From Candidatus Thalassarchaeum sp. (GTDB lineage: Archaea > Thermoplasmatota > Poseidoniia > Poseidoniales > Thalassarchaeaceae): a stretch of DNA of 56,690 nucleotides. Positions within the stretch are counted from its first letter, which is position 1; each line of letters begins with the position of its first letter. This document shows, piece after piece, positions 1-10,908 of the stretch. Below the pieces are notes generated by a model, which was given only the letters and a program-made list of their open reading frames with translations, did no database searches and was not told the DNA's origin. The translations under genes were made by a program, and so were the position numbers. The stretch spans positions 1 through 56,690 of the forward strand of contig JASMMD010000003.1 of the NCBI GenBank assembly GCA_030748335.1. Direction: 5' to 3'.

Positions 1-541
1 TCAGCTCCTCCGCAGCCTCTATGGCCAGCTCCGTCAGGTGCTGCCCAACCGCCGAATCGACCTTGCCCGAGATCGAGGTAGCTACGACCGAGCGTAGCTC
101 GGAATCATCCCCAGGAGTTCTGGAGATCCGCTCCATCTCGTCAAGAGATTCAGCCAGAGCGATTTGGTACCCATTCATGATGATCGACGGGTGTACGCCA
201 GAGCGAACCAGTTCGAGCGCGTTCTGCAACAATTCAGAGATGAGTATGACGGTCGTCGTTGTTCCATCGCGAGCAGCTCTGTCCTGGGCCGACGAGGTAG
301 AGATGAGCAGCCTCGCGGTGGGATGCTCTACCTTTGCGGCCTCGAGGACGGTGACACCGTCGTTGGTAACTGTAGCGGGACCACCATCTTCCACCAGCAT
401 CTTGTCGAGGCCGCGCGGACCGAGGGTGGAGCGGACCGCCCCGGCAAGCGCCGTTGCGGCCTTGACATTGTTCACCAGTGCCGAGCGCCCGTGCAGACGG
501 TCGGTGTCCTCTAGGGCGACCTCATGCTCCGTCTCGGCCAT
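1..541 (-). CDS. ths: Thermosome (group II chaperonin) subunit, N-terminal part; gene runs off the left edge
   Basis: Manual minus-strand translation from ATG at 541-539 gives MAETEHEVALEDTDRLHGRSALVNNVKAATALAGAVRSTLGPRGLDKMLV...TNDGVTVLEAAKVEHPTARLL...RDGTTTTVILISELL...GVHPSIIMNGY. These are classic TCP-1/thermosome motifs. The ORF has no stop inside the window, which explains its absence from the ORF track. The plus-strand ORFs 21..602 and 164..514 are its antisense shadows. Confidence 0.85.
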   Translation of the reverse strand, partial: MAETEHEVALEDTDRLHGRSALVNNVKAATALAGAVRSTLGPRGLDKMLVEDGGPATVTNDGVTVLEAAKVEHPTARLLISTSSAQDRAARDGTTTTVILISELLQNALELVRSGVHPSIIMNGYQIALAESLDEMERISRTPGDDSELRSVVATSISGKVDSAVGQHLTELAIEAAEEL

Positions 542-653
542 CTGGGCCGCCGTAAGGCAGCCTTGCTTTGAACCCGTCCGTGGGCGCGGCATGCGCGCCT
601 AGCGCGCGGGTGCGACCGTGCGGTTCATATACGGCAGCACTATCGCACTATAC

Positions 654-664
654 AACCTCAGGTT
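654..664. promoter_or_regulatory. Palindrome AACCTCAGGTT in the divergent thermosome/hsp20 intergenic region, next to TATA-like CACTATACAA (646-655)
   Basis: Seen directly, 16-26 nt upstream of the hsp20 ATG (680). Could be an operator or a 5' leader hairpin. No functional evidence. Confidence 0.2.
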
Positions 665-679
665 GAGTAGTGGTATCTG

Positions 680-1279
680 ATGGACGATAACGAGCGTGAT
701 GAGTGGGCGGACGACATGTTCGCCGAGATGGCTAGGATGTTCGAGCAGATGGGCATGCCCATTGACGTGAAAGCACTCGAGGAGATGATGAAGAGGGTCA
801 CCGAGCAGTTCGAGCAGATGGGCATCGATCCCACTAAGATATCCAATTCCCAGTTCAAGGTCGAATCCAACGTCGACCCGGAGGAGTTGCGCCGCATGAT
901 GGATTCGATGATGAACACCCCGGGGGGCTTCTCGGACCTATTCAAGAAGATGGGTGTCAACATAGAGGTCGAGGGTCAGACCGAGAAGGCACAGGCCGAG
1001 GTCGATGAGCCTGAGGAGTCCGAGGTCGCCGATCTTCCCAGAGAGGACGTCTACGTGCTCGACGGCAGGATGTCGGCCACCATAGATATCTCGAGGTTCC
1101 TTGACATCAGGCACGATGACATCGAACTCGTGCTCAGCAGCGGCGGTGAGGTACTGCAGCTGATGAGGAAGACGCAGTCGCGTCCGCTCAAGCGATTCAT
1201 ACTACCCGAGGCAGCGGAACAGATTAGCGAGTGGAACCTCAACAACGGTATCCTAGACATCACATTCGATTTGGCGTAA
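680..1279 (+). CDS. Small heat-shock protein (Hsp20/alpha-crystallin domain) with a Met/Glu-rich N-terminal extension
   Basis: The C-terminal ~90 aa fit the alpha-crystallin pattern: [62 protein letters not shown]. The N-terminus carries a repeated FEQMG(M/I)..ID motif. The gene lies directly upstream of dnaK. Confidence 0.6.
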   Translation: MDDNERDEWADDMFAEMARMFEQMGMPIDVKALEEMMKRVTEQFEQMGIDPTKISNSQFKVESNVDPEELRRMMDSMMNTPGGFSDLFKKMGVNIEVEGQTEKAQAEVDEPEESEVADLPREDVYVLDGRMSATIDISRFLDIRHDDIELVLSSGGEVLQLMRKTQSRPLKRFILPEAAEQISEWNLNNGILDITFDLA

Positions 1280-1307
1280 GGCCGAACTGAACCATTGGAG
1301 GAATAGA

Positions 1308-3185
<1,878 letters not shown>

Positions 3186-4715
3186 TCAGCCATCGTTGAT
3201 GAGTCGGTGCAGGGTCCTCACGTGGACTCCCGAGACGCCGAACTCGAACAGCGGGTTGGCGCCCTCGGAGCGAGCCTTCGAACCGGGTCCCCAAGCGGTC
3301 CCGGCGATGTCTAGGTGCACCCAGGGAATCTTGTCGGCATCCTCATCGTAGCCGCGGTGCGGCACGAAGTATTCGAGGAACGAGGCAGCGGTGTTAGAGG
3401 AACCCGCCTTGCCGCCTATCGAACCGTTACGGATGTCCGCGAATGCGGAATCGGTCATGTACTTCCTGAACTGGGCATTCAGCGGCATCCTCCAGACCGG
3501 CTCGCCCGACCTGTTGGCCGCCTTCCTGACTCGCTTGCCGATTCCATCGTCGTTGGCCCACATGCCAGTGATCTGGTTGCCTAGGGCGACCACGATGGCA
3601 CCGGTCAGGGTAGCGAGGTCGACGATGTACTCAGGGTCGAACTCGCCGGCCTTCCACAGCCCGTCCGCGAGTACATTGCGCCCCTCTGCATCGGTGCTGA
3701 ACACCTCCACGGTCTTGCCCGAGTAGGTCTCGAACACGTCACCCGGACGGTATGCTCCCGACCCTGGCATGTTCTCTGCCAAGCAGGCGACTCCGTTGAC
3801 CCGGCGTTCGTAACCGGTCGCGTGCAGGGCCTCCATCAGCCCGAACACGGTGGCCGCCCCGCACATGTCGTACTTCATGTCCCACATGCCCCCCGAGGGC
3901 TTGATTGAGATCCCTCCGGTGTCAAACGTGATTCCCTTGCCGACTATGCATGGCCTCTGGACACCCTTGTCTGCTTTGGGGTTGAGTGTGAACAGCACCA
4001 TACACGGCTTCCTGTCACTACCCTTGCCGACGTTAATCAGGCCACCCATTCCGAGTTCCTGCAGCTTGTCCCAGTCGTAGACCTCGACGGAGACATTCTC
4101 CTTCCCGTCGGCCCATTCGACCGCCCTGCGGGCGTACTCCATAGGGTACAGCACGTTGGCAGGCTCGTTTCCGAGGTCCCGAGCTAGGTGGACCCCCCCT
4201 ACGACCGAGTGGATTCTCGATAGTCCCTCTGTGAGTGCTTCCTGATGGCGCGGACTGGCCTGAAAGGCCACGGACCATGGCTCTGCTATGTGCTCGTCGT
4301 CGACCGCTTGGTGCTCAAGAAACTCATAGTCCCGTAGCATCATACCCTCAGCGAAGTCGAGCATGCGCTCGCTCGACCAGCCCGAGGTGAATCTGACAGT
4401 CAGCGCCGTACCGTTCTTCTTCGAAAGGGCGGACATCACCCGTGCACCGATGTTCCGGGCCTTCCTGTGCCCGAACTCACCCTTGTCGCCCATGCCCAGC
4501 AGAATCACCCTGCACCCGGGAGTCCAGACCACCATCCTCTGACCCTTTTTGCCCTCAAAGTCATCCGAGGATATCGCCTCCCGGACAAGGCTCCGCTGGC
4601 TCCGGCTCAATCCCGAGAGAGCGTTGTTTGGGGCCTTCCCGGTCCCCTCGAACAGGGGCAGCAGCACTTGGCTTCCAGCTTCTCCGAATTCGTCATTGCT
4701 CCATTCCATAATCAC
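3186..4715 (-). CDS. pepA: Leucyl aminopeptidase, M17 family
   Basis: Motifs VGKGITFDTGGISIKP, MKYDMCGAA, STDAEGRNVLAD. Its stop codon abuts the dnaK stop with zero spacer (convergent). Confidence 0.9.
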   Translation of the reverse strand: MIMEWSNDEFGEAGSQVLLPLFEGTGKAPNNALSGLSRSQRSLVREAISSDDFEGKKGQRMVVWTPGCRVILLGMGDKGEFGHRKARNIGARVMSALSKKNGTALTVRFTSGWSSERMLDFAEGMMLRDYEFLEHQAVDDEHIAEPWSVAFQASPRHQEALTEGLSRIHSVVGGVHLARDLGNEPANVLYPMEYARRAVEWADGKENVSVEVYDWDKLQELGMGGLINVGKGSDRKPCMVLFTLNPKADKGVQRPCIVGKGITFDTGGISIKPSGGMWDMKYDMCGAATVFGLMEALHATGYERRVNGVACLAENMPGSGAYRPGDVFETYSGKTVEVFSTDAEGRNVLADGLWKAGEFDPEYIVDLATLTGAIVVALGNQITGMWANDDGIGKRVRKAANRSGEPVWRMPLNAQFRKYMTDSAFADIRNGSIGGKAGSSNTAASFLEYFVPHRGYDEDADKIPWVHLDIAGTAWGPGSKARSEGANPLFEFGVSGVHVRTLHRLINDG

Positions 4716-4806
4716 GCCGAACCCTCCGATTCGGTAGTGATATACAAAGAATTGCCCTCAAAAAACCAAGTTTAGAGGCCATTTTATATTCAAATATTCT
4801 GAATTA

Positions 4807-6279
4807 TCACTCAAACTTGCGATTTCGGCTGTTTATCGCCGCTAGAGCGAAGGCGACGAAAACAAGTAGTATCGAAGGGGCCGGAAGCAGACCCGAGCCG
4901 TCAGCCTTCATCTCTACGACGCTCTCATTGACAGATTCGTTGACCCACATCGAGGAATCTATCACACGCTTCTGGTACACTAGGTAGAACTGTCCTTCGC
5001 TGGAAATCGGAGCGCCTCCAAAATCGAGGGTTGTGACGGTGCTATTAGTGGCATTGACTCCAAAACCACATCCTAGAATGGAGAAGTTGAATCCTATCTC
5101 ATCACCACAGGAGTAAACCTCCCTCATCTCTCCTACATGATCAAGAAATATCCCCCCAATTCCACCAGGGGCCCACCACTCACCATCTTCATCCAAGTAT
5201 AACAGTGTGGCATTTGACGTGCTCGCGTGTCCCAAGTTCGAAACGCTCAGATGCACTTTTCCATCTTCAACCTCTAGGGAATCGACAACAAGACGGGCCC
5301 TCCAGTACCATACATTCTGAATCAGATAGCGCATCACATCGAGTTCCTCCCCCAATCTGTCCGAGAGAGCCTCTACTGTTCCCAGAAGGAATTGTTCATC
5401 ATCGGTTTCGAAGGTGAATGTGGGGTACCCCATCACCCCGTAGCCATAATCGCGGCTGGTTCCACAGTTTGGGTAGAGGCCTTGGTTTGCATTCCTAATC
5501 GGAATGTCGGAAATGTTGGCATGGACATCATCACGGATGAAATGAAACAATTCCCAGTCTGACGGTTGTTCGGGCCATTTGCCCCAAGGATAGAGCATAA
5601 TCCAAACACCTGTGTGCATAGTGATATACAAGTCAGCATGAGGCACTACCTCGTTCATGTAAATCGAATTTGAATGAGTTTCTGATTCACTGAATGCAGC
5701 ACTCCCAGGCTGGGTCGTCGGGCAGGTGTTCCAGTAGTGATCGTAGTTTCTATTCAGATCCACTTGGTTAACATTCCATCTTGTGTCGAAGTCATTGCCA
5801 TCCGCATTCAGCATGATGAGGATGTGCAATTCAGTGGTCGCCAATACATCGAGTACCTCCTGTTCGCCATCAGCCCAACCCTCGATGTAATACTCTGCAA
5901 CTAGGAAAGCAAGCTCCGTGCCCAGATGTTCATTCCCATGGTGTCCACCATCGATGTATACCACTTCCTTGGAGGTCCCATCGGGTTTGGTTTCCAGACT
6001 CCAATCAGAGATCTGCAGCATCCAGAGATTTCTCCCCATCTCAGTTTGGCCGACAACGAGTAGGTTTACGATTTCGGGATAATCATCCGCCCATGCATTG
6101 ACGTCCAAGGTCAGTGTTGCATAGGAATGGTACCAGTGCTCCTGAACGATGTCCGGCTGACCAACCTGTGCTGTTGCAGCCGGCGCTGCCGATACTGAGA
6201 GCATCACGGATGCGAGGATGATTGCTGCCCAGCGGCGCATAGCGCCGCTGAGAGGGTGATCACCTACAATCGTTGTCAC
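4807..6279 (-). CDS. Exported zinc carboxypeptidase, M14 family, with a C-terminal hydrophobic anchor
   Basis: Motifs HHGNEHLG, NADGNDF, NRNYDHYW. N-terminal signal-like segment (AAIILASVMLSVSAAPA) and C-terminal TM (LLPAPSILLVFVAFALAAI) followed by basic residues. Confidence 0.8.
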   Translation of the reverse strand: MTTIVGDHPLSGAMRRWAAIILASVMLSVSAAPAATAQVGQPDIVQEHWYHSYATLTLDVNAWADDYPEIVNLLVVGQTEMGRNLWMLQISDWSLETKPDGTSKEVVYIDGGHHGNEHLGTELAFLVAEYYIEGWADGEQEVLDVLATTELHILIMLNADGNDFDTRWNVNQVDLNRNYDHYWNTCPTTQPGSAAFSESETHSNSIYMNEVVPHADLYITMHTGVWIMLYPWGKWPEQPSDWELFHFIRDDVHANISDIPIRNANQGLYPNCGTSRDYGYGVMGYPTFTFETDDEQFLLGTVEALSDRLGEELDVMRYLIQNVWYWRARLVVDSLEVEDGKVHLSVSNLGHASTSNATLLYLDEDGEWWAPGGIGGIFLDHVGEMREVYSCGDEIGFNFSILGCGFGVNATNSTVTTLDFGGAPISSEGQFYLVYQKRVIDSSMWVNESVNESVVEMKADGSGLLPAPSILLVFVAFALAAINSRNRKFE

Positions 6280-6300
6280 TTTCTGTGAGCCTATTGTCTA

Positions 6301-7218
6301 CTAACCACGGCTAGCGATGTGAGCGGCCATAATCTTGGTGGCGATGAGTGCGGCGTTGAACTGAGTCAACCGGTCCTCTCCGGGCACAATTTCGTTCACG
6401 TCCGCTCCTATGACCTCCGCACCACTCGCGAAGAGGCGCTCTAGGATCTCAACCGCACCCCAGTGACTCAGACCTCCTGGAACCGGGGTGCCGGTGTCCG
6501 GGACAAGCGACCCGTCTAGACCATCGACATCAAAGGTCAGCCAGACAGGACCCTCTATGCTGTCAATTCTATCCACAAGGGCAGCCCATCCGGCCTGCCC
6601 GTCGCACACTCCCATGAAGTCGCGAGCGAACCAAGTCTCCACCCGCCCGTCGTCCTCGGCGAAGGCGGCCTCCTCACGGGACAGAGCCCGCGTTCCAATC
6701 TGCATCACCCTGCCGACGCCGGCATCGAGAGCCCGGCGCACGGCGGTACCGTGCGAGAAACGCTCTCCACCGAGCTCGTCTCTCAGATCGGCGTGGGCGT
6801 CGACCTGCACCAGCGTCAGGCGGCCTAGGTCGCCACCAATCTCGGGGTGCCCCGACGCCGCCTGCATCAGTGGCGGCAGAATGCCGTGCTCGCCGCCGAG
6901 GACGACCGGGAACTGAGCCCCGTTGAACCACTTTGCGGCGTAGTCGCGAATCGAGTCTAGCTGTTCTAGCAGGGTGCCCGCCTCGGAGCCCCATGCCTCG
7001 GCGGTGTGTATGCTCAGGCCGCACGGTAGGTCGTCTGGCAGCATTGGGTCGTAGAGTTCGACCTGCGAACTCGCTTCGATGCAGGCCGCCGGTCCCTTCT
7101 CGGTGCCCTCTCCCCAGCTGGTTGTCATCTCAAACGGTACTGGCAGAACGACAATGTCCCAAGGCCCAGAGTCAGACTCATTCAGCCCTAGGAATCTCGG
7201 TCTGGACGGTCCTTTCAC
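6301..7218 (-). CDS. speB: Agmatinase / ureohydrolase (arginase family)
   Basis: Mn-binding motifs GGEHGI, DAHADLRDE, SHGTAVRR, FDVDGLDGSLVPDTGTPVPGGLS. Substrate specificity is not determinable from sequence alone. Confidence 0.75.
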   Translation of the reverse strand: MKGPSRPRFLGLNESDSGPWDIVVLPVPFEMTTSWGEGTEKGPAACIEASSQVELYDPMLPDDLPCGLSIHTAEAWGSEAGTLLEQLDSIRDYAAKWFNGAQFPVVLGGEHGILPPLMQAASGHPEIGGDLGRLTLVQVDAHADLRDELGGERFSHGTAVRRALDAGVGRVMQIGTRALSREEAAFAEDDGRVETWFARDFMGVCDGQAGWAALVDRIDSIEGPVWLTFDVDGLDGSLVPDTGTPVPGGLSHWGAVEILERLFASGAEVIGADVNEIVPGEDRLTQFNAALIATKIMAAHIASRG

Positions 7219-7318
7219 GACACCGCGAAAGTAGCGAGCAGATTAACCGCTTCGGAGGCAGAATGGCGAAAAACGAGGCCGGACGAAGGACTGTTGAAAT
7301 AGCGCGGCCTTCCATATT

Positions 7319-7753
7319 ATGCCACCGGGGGCGGACGCGATGGGTCTAACACTAGCACAACTAACCCAGGCAATTCGCCGCAAGGTCGATATCGACATGG
7401 AGACTATCGTGGCCGAGTCCATAGCCGAGCACGCATTGGGCTTTTTCGGCTTCTCCAACCGTATCATCGACAATGCGCTTGAGCCGACTGATCGCAACCT
7501 GTTCTACCAGCTGCAGGACTACGATCTGCTGACCACTGAATCCGAAGAGACCACTCTGTGGGACGGCAGGGAGTGGAGAATCCACTACTGGAAGTTCAAG
7601 GCCAACGCCGAGGAACTGGCTCGTCTGTCTGAGGAGGACGAGGACTCAGGCGAGGACGAGGACCCCTACGCCGGTATCTACGAGGACGTCCCCGTCTCCT
7701 TGTGGCGCGAGCGCTCCGGTGAGGATGACGACTACGAAGAGCCACTGTTCTGA
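7319..7753 (+). CDS. Hypothetical acidic cytoplasmic protein
   Basis: Clean ORF with an extremely acidic C-terminus (EEDEDSGEDEDPY..GEDDDYEEPLF). TATA-like CCATATTAT at 7309-7317 suggests the real start may be the ATG at 7340 (leaderless). Confidence 0.5.
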   Translation: MPPGADAMGLTLAQLTQAIRRKVDIDMETIVAESIAEHALGFFGFSNRIIDNALEPTDRNLFYQLQDYDLLTTESEETTLWDGREWRIHYWKFKANAEELARLSEEDEDSGEDEDPYAGIYEDVPVSLWRERSGEDDDYEEPLF

Positions 7754-7768
7754 GCAGCAGGACAGGAA

Positions 7769-10700
7769 TTGGTTCATATCCTCGGGGACGAGGCACGTTC
7801 CGTGCCTCGCGTGAGAGCCTCCGTCGTCGTGCTGATGTTGCTGCTTCTCAGCGGACCTGCCTCGATGGCGCTTGGAGAGGGGGACGAGCCGACGAGCTGC
7901 ACGGTACTGGTCGACTGGGGCATTGAGGAGCACTGGGACGGCGGATGGAACCTCACATACGACGTCCTGCACCGTTACCTAGTCATCTTCGATCCTGAGT
8001 TCACCAACGGCAGTTCGCCGAGCGCCCTCAGCGTCGAGGTAGAGCATAACAGGGACGGCGAGCAGATAGCAGGCGCCACCAACACCTCCGTGCTGAGTGC
8101 CGGTGGAGAGGTCGACATCGTGCTCTCCACCGAACCTTTGTTCGGTGACTCGGTGTCAATCTCAGTGGTCACCGACGAAGCATCCTGCTCCAGAAGCCTC
8201 TCGATTACTAATTGGAACCAACCGGTTGCGGACCACGAGATAACTCGGGAGACCACTTGGTCCATGGAGGGTGCCGAGGAGGGTAACGGGATTGAGTTCG
8301 AAGGCCGGGGCTGGCAGCAGAGGACCGGGACCTTGCTCGAATCCAACGAGCTGGGCAACGGGACACTGTCGCTGGATTCGATGAACGGCAGCGAAGGAAT
8401 GCTCCTCGAGCTAAATCTCGATCGAATCTGGCTCAACGAGACCTACGACGGCATCGAGTTGCTCCGACAGGACTTCGAGATGAGCGGGAATGGATCACTC
8501 TCCCTAAATTCCACCGAGCAGGGGGACGGCGGCGAGAGCGACGGCTTCTCGGTGGACGTCCAAGTCAACGACGTCTACGTCCTCCGCTCCTGGGACGAGG
8601 GCGAGTTGACTGAGCGTTTCCTCATCGATGGTACGGGATGGCTCTCCTTCAACGGAGGGGACAACAACAGTAGCGGAGGAGGCTTCGGACAACTCTCGTC
8701 GTTCTATTACGAGACCTGGGACGAGGACGACCGTCGGCGCCTACAGCACCTGCAGATCGAGGCCAACGCCACCTTGCGGATCTACGGAGCTGGTGACGAG
8801 TACTTCTCTTTCGACCTTGACGAATTCAGGGTATTGGAGCGCTGGGAGGATGGCACGAGGGAGCAGCAGCACTTCCTGATTCTAGGAGGGGGAGAATTCG
8901 GCTTCGTCATAGAGGATGAGTTCTTCGAGGTCGAGGTCAACGGCACCATTCCGGTGATTCACATCGAGACCCAAGGCGGCGAGACCGTAGCAGAAACCAT
9001 ACGGGTCGATGGCACCTACGATGGCGATGCCGAGGGTAGCTTCGGCTTCATCAGGAGGATTGTCGACTCGGGCTCGCAGACCAATGCCACCGGGTCGATG
9101 TTCGAGGTCGACAAGATTGAGAACGAGCTCTGGTTCAATGTCTCAGCCACGCCTATAGGCCCAATCACCGAGGAATGGGAGGCCGAGCACAACCTGACCT
9201 ACGAGTTCACCGTTCCTCAGACGGACTGGGACAACCGCACCATCCGATACCAGTACATCGAGGACAACGGCACAGTCAACAACGAGTACCCCGAGAACTC
9301 GCCCATCATCATGCAGGCCGAGGCCCCCGAGGCCGAGGTCATGTTCGAGAATCACATCTCGAGGGAGACCGGCGCCGCCCCGGAGATTGTCGTCACCGGC
9401 GACCGCTTCTCGTTAGTGGGCAATGACGCGATGATACTGAGCATCGAGGTGATGGCCATAGTCGAAGGCGAGATGGACGGCCACACTGTCGAGGTCGCCG
9501 AATGGCTCGGCGACTACGGCGAGAGCAGTCACGCCTCGGGCAGCATCGTCAACGAGGGCCCCCTAGCCGGACTACTCAACGAGATTCACCGCTGGGTGGA
9601 GTTCGACATGGGCGACAACGGCTCAGTCGAAGGCTTCGCCTTCGTCGAGCACCAGTTGGTTGACAGAGTATTGTCGCCCTCGGTGATATCAGAGGAGGAG
9701 AACACGCCTCCCTCACTGATCTCTGTCGGCTTCCGCGAAGGTAGACTGCTCACCGAGGGCGACTCGGCCCACTTGGAGGTACTCGTGTACGACTTCGACA
9801 CAGACGTGACCAGAGTCACCGCCGACCTGTCCGACCTAGGGCTCGGAGTGGTCGAGCTCTCCGACTCAGGCCTGTTCGGCGATCACACTATCCACGACGA
9901 TATCTGGACCGCTCAGGTCACTTACGACGGTCTCGAGCATGGGATTTTCGACGTATCTCTGAGCATCGAGGACTTCTGGCTCACCGTCGAGGAGCACGCG
10001 CCGATCGAGATCACCAACGCTGCGCCCAGAATGCTCTCGTTGGACTTCTCTCCCGACACCGCCAGACGTGGCCAGATCGTCGACGTGATCGTGGCCGCAG
10101 TGGACGGTCATGGCGTCACCTCGGTCGATATTGACCTCTTGAGCGCGGGTGGCGAGCTAAGCCCCCTCTCTGAGTCAAATGGTATTTGGGTGGGCCAGTT
10201 CGTCGTGCCTGATGGGATCTCACCAGGCGAGCGCCCCATCCCGGTCAGAATCACCGACGGCGACGGCGAGACCGTGATGGCGATCCACATCCACCCCAAC
10301 GGCTACCCCGTCGATGCCCCCATGCTGACCATAGAGAACGAGGCTCCATCAATCACTTCAGTCAGCGTTCTCAGGTCCGGAGAGGTGGTTGAGGCAATTC
10401 AGATCCCAAGCAGCGGCGATGCCCTGACTCATACCCTCGAAGCGACCATCGAAGACCCGGACGGAATCTCGTCCGCGCAGGCCAAGATAGGCAGACTCGC
10501 TCCGATAGGGAGCTCGGATGCGTGGCTACTCATGGTCGATGACGGGACGGGCGGGGACCGAATCGCATACGACGGCGTCTACACAATGCAGTTCGACGCC
10601 CGGGCTAGTCTTCCCGAGGGCAACATAACCATACAAGTTCGGGCTACGGACACCTATCTGTCAACCACGCCGAGCATCGAGCAGAGTCATACGCTAGCAC

Positions 10701-10846
10701 TTGAGAAGCTGGGCTCCGGTGGTGGTGGGGGGAGCTGGTTCAGCGAGAACTCGACCACACTGGTCTTCGTTGCCTTGGGCCTCCTACTCGTAGTCGGGGT
10801 GACAGCCGTCACCATCTCGCTGAGGAAGTCGGACACCGATTGGTGA
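7769..10846 (+). CDS. Giant exported surface protein (adhesin or S-layer-like), C-terminally membrane anchored
   Basis: N-terminal signal/TM (VVVLMLLLLSGPASMALG). About 20 N-x-S/T sequons. Three tandem ~100-aa beta-sandwich-like repeats in the C-terminal third, carrying D-G-x-G-G-D..Y-D-G-V-Y type motifs. Gly5 linker plus TM (LVFVALGLLLVVGVTAVTI) and a basic tail. Confidence 0.75.
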   Translation: MVHILGDEARSVPRVRASVVVLMLLLLSGPASMALGEGDEPTSCTVLVDWGIEEHWDGGWNLTYDVLHRYLVIFDPEFTNGSSPSALSVEVEHNRDGEQIAGATNTSVLSAGGEVDIVLSTEPLFGDSVSISVVTDEASCSRSLSITNWNQPVADHEITRETTWSMEGAEEGNGIEFEGRGWQQRTGTLLESNELGNGTLSLDSMNGSEGMLLELNLDRIWLNETYDGIELLRQDFEMSGNGSLSLNSTEQGDGGESDGFSVDVQVNDVYVLRSWDEGELTERFLIDGTGWLSFNGGDNNSSGGGFGQLSSFYYETWDEDDRRRLQHLQIEANATLRIYGAGDEYFSFDLDEFRVLERWEDGTREQQHFLILGGGEFGFVIEDEFFEVEVNGTIPVIHIETQGGETVAETIRVDGTYDGDAEGSFGFIRRIVDSGSQTNATGSMFEVDKIENELWFNVSATPIGPITEEWEAEHNLTYEFTVPQTDWDNRTIRYQYIEDNGTVNNEYPENSPIIMQAEAPEAEVMFENHISRETGAAPEIVVTGDRFSLVGNDAMILSIEVMAIVEGEMDGHTVEVAEWLGDYGESSHASGSIVNEGPLAGLLNEIHRWVEFDMGDNGSVEGFAFVEHQLVDRVLSPSVISEEENTPPSLISVGFREGRLLTEGDSAHLEVLVYDFDTDVTRVTADLSDLGLGVVELSDSGLFGDHTIHDDIWTAQVTYDGLEHGIFDVSLSIEDFWLTVEEHAPIEITNAAPRMLSLDFSPDTARRGQIVDVIVAAVDGHGVTSVDIDLLSAGGELSPLSESNGIWVGQFVVPDGISPGERPIPVRITDGDGETVMAIHIHPNGYPVDAPMLTIENEAPSITSVSVLRSGEVVEAIQIPSSGDALTHTLEATIEDPDGISSAQAKIGRLAPIGSSDAWLLMVDDGTGGDRIAYDGVYTMQFDARASLPEGNITIQVRATDTYLSTTPSIEQSHTLALEKLGSGGGGGSWFSENSTTLVFVALGLLLVVGVTAVTISLRKSDTDW

Positions 10847-10908
10847 GAAACAGCACAGGCACCTCGTATGTCGAGTTGCATGAATCTCATAAGACGCTGC
10901 GCAGTCGA

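Noticed and set aside
21-602. Plus-strand ORFs 21..602 and 164..514
   Set aside because: The translations are Ser/Arg/Cys-rich and low complexity. The opposite strand encodes an unmistakable thermosome N-terminus in the same interval, so these are antisense shadow ORFs.
680-1279. Possibility that the gene upstream of dnaK is grpE
   Set aside because: It has no GrpE coiled-coil or C-terminal beta-domain motifs. The C-terminal half fits the Hsp20 alpha-crystallin pattern instead.
9866-9880. Additional GTTCGG/CCGAAC hexamers inside coding regions (for example near 9871 and 20190) as operator sites
   Set aside because: Isolated hexamers are expected by chance at this window size. Only the palindromic or paired arrangements in intergenic DNA were retained.
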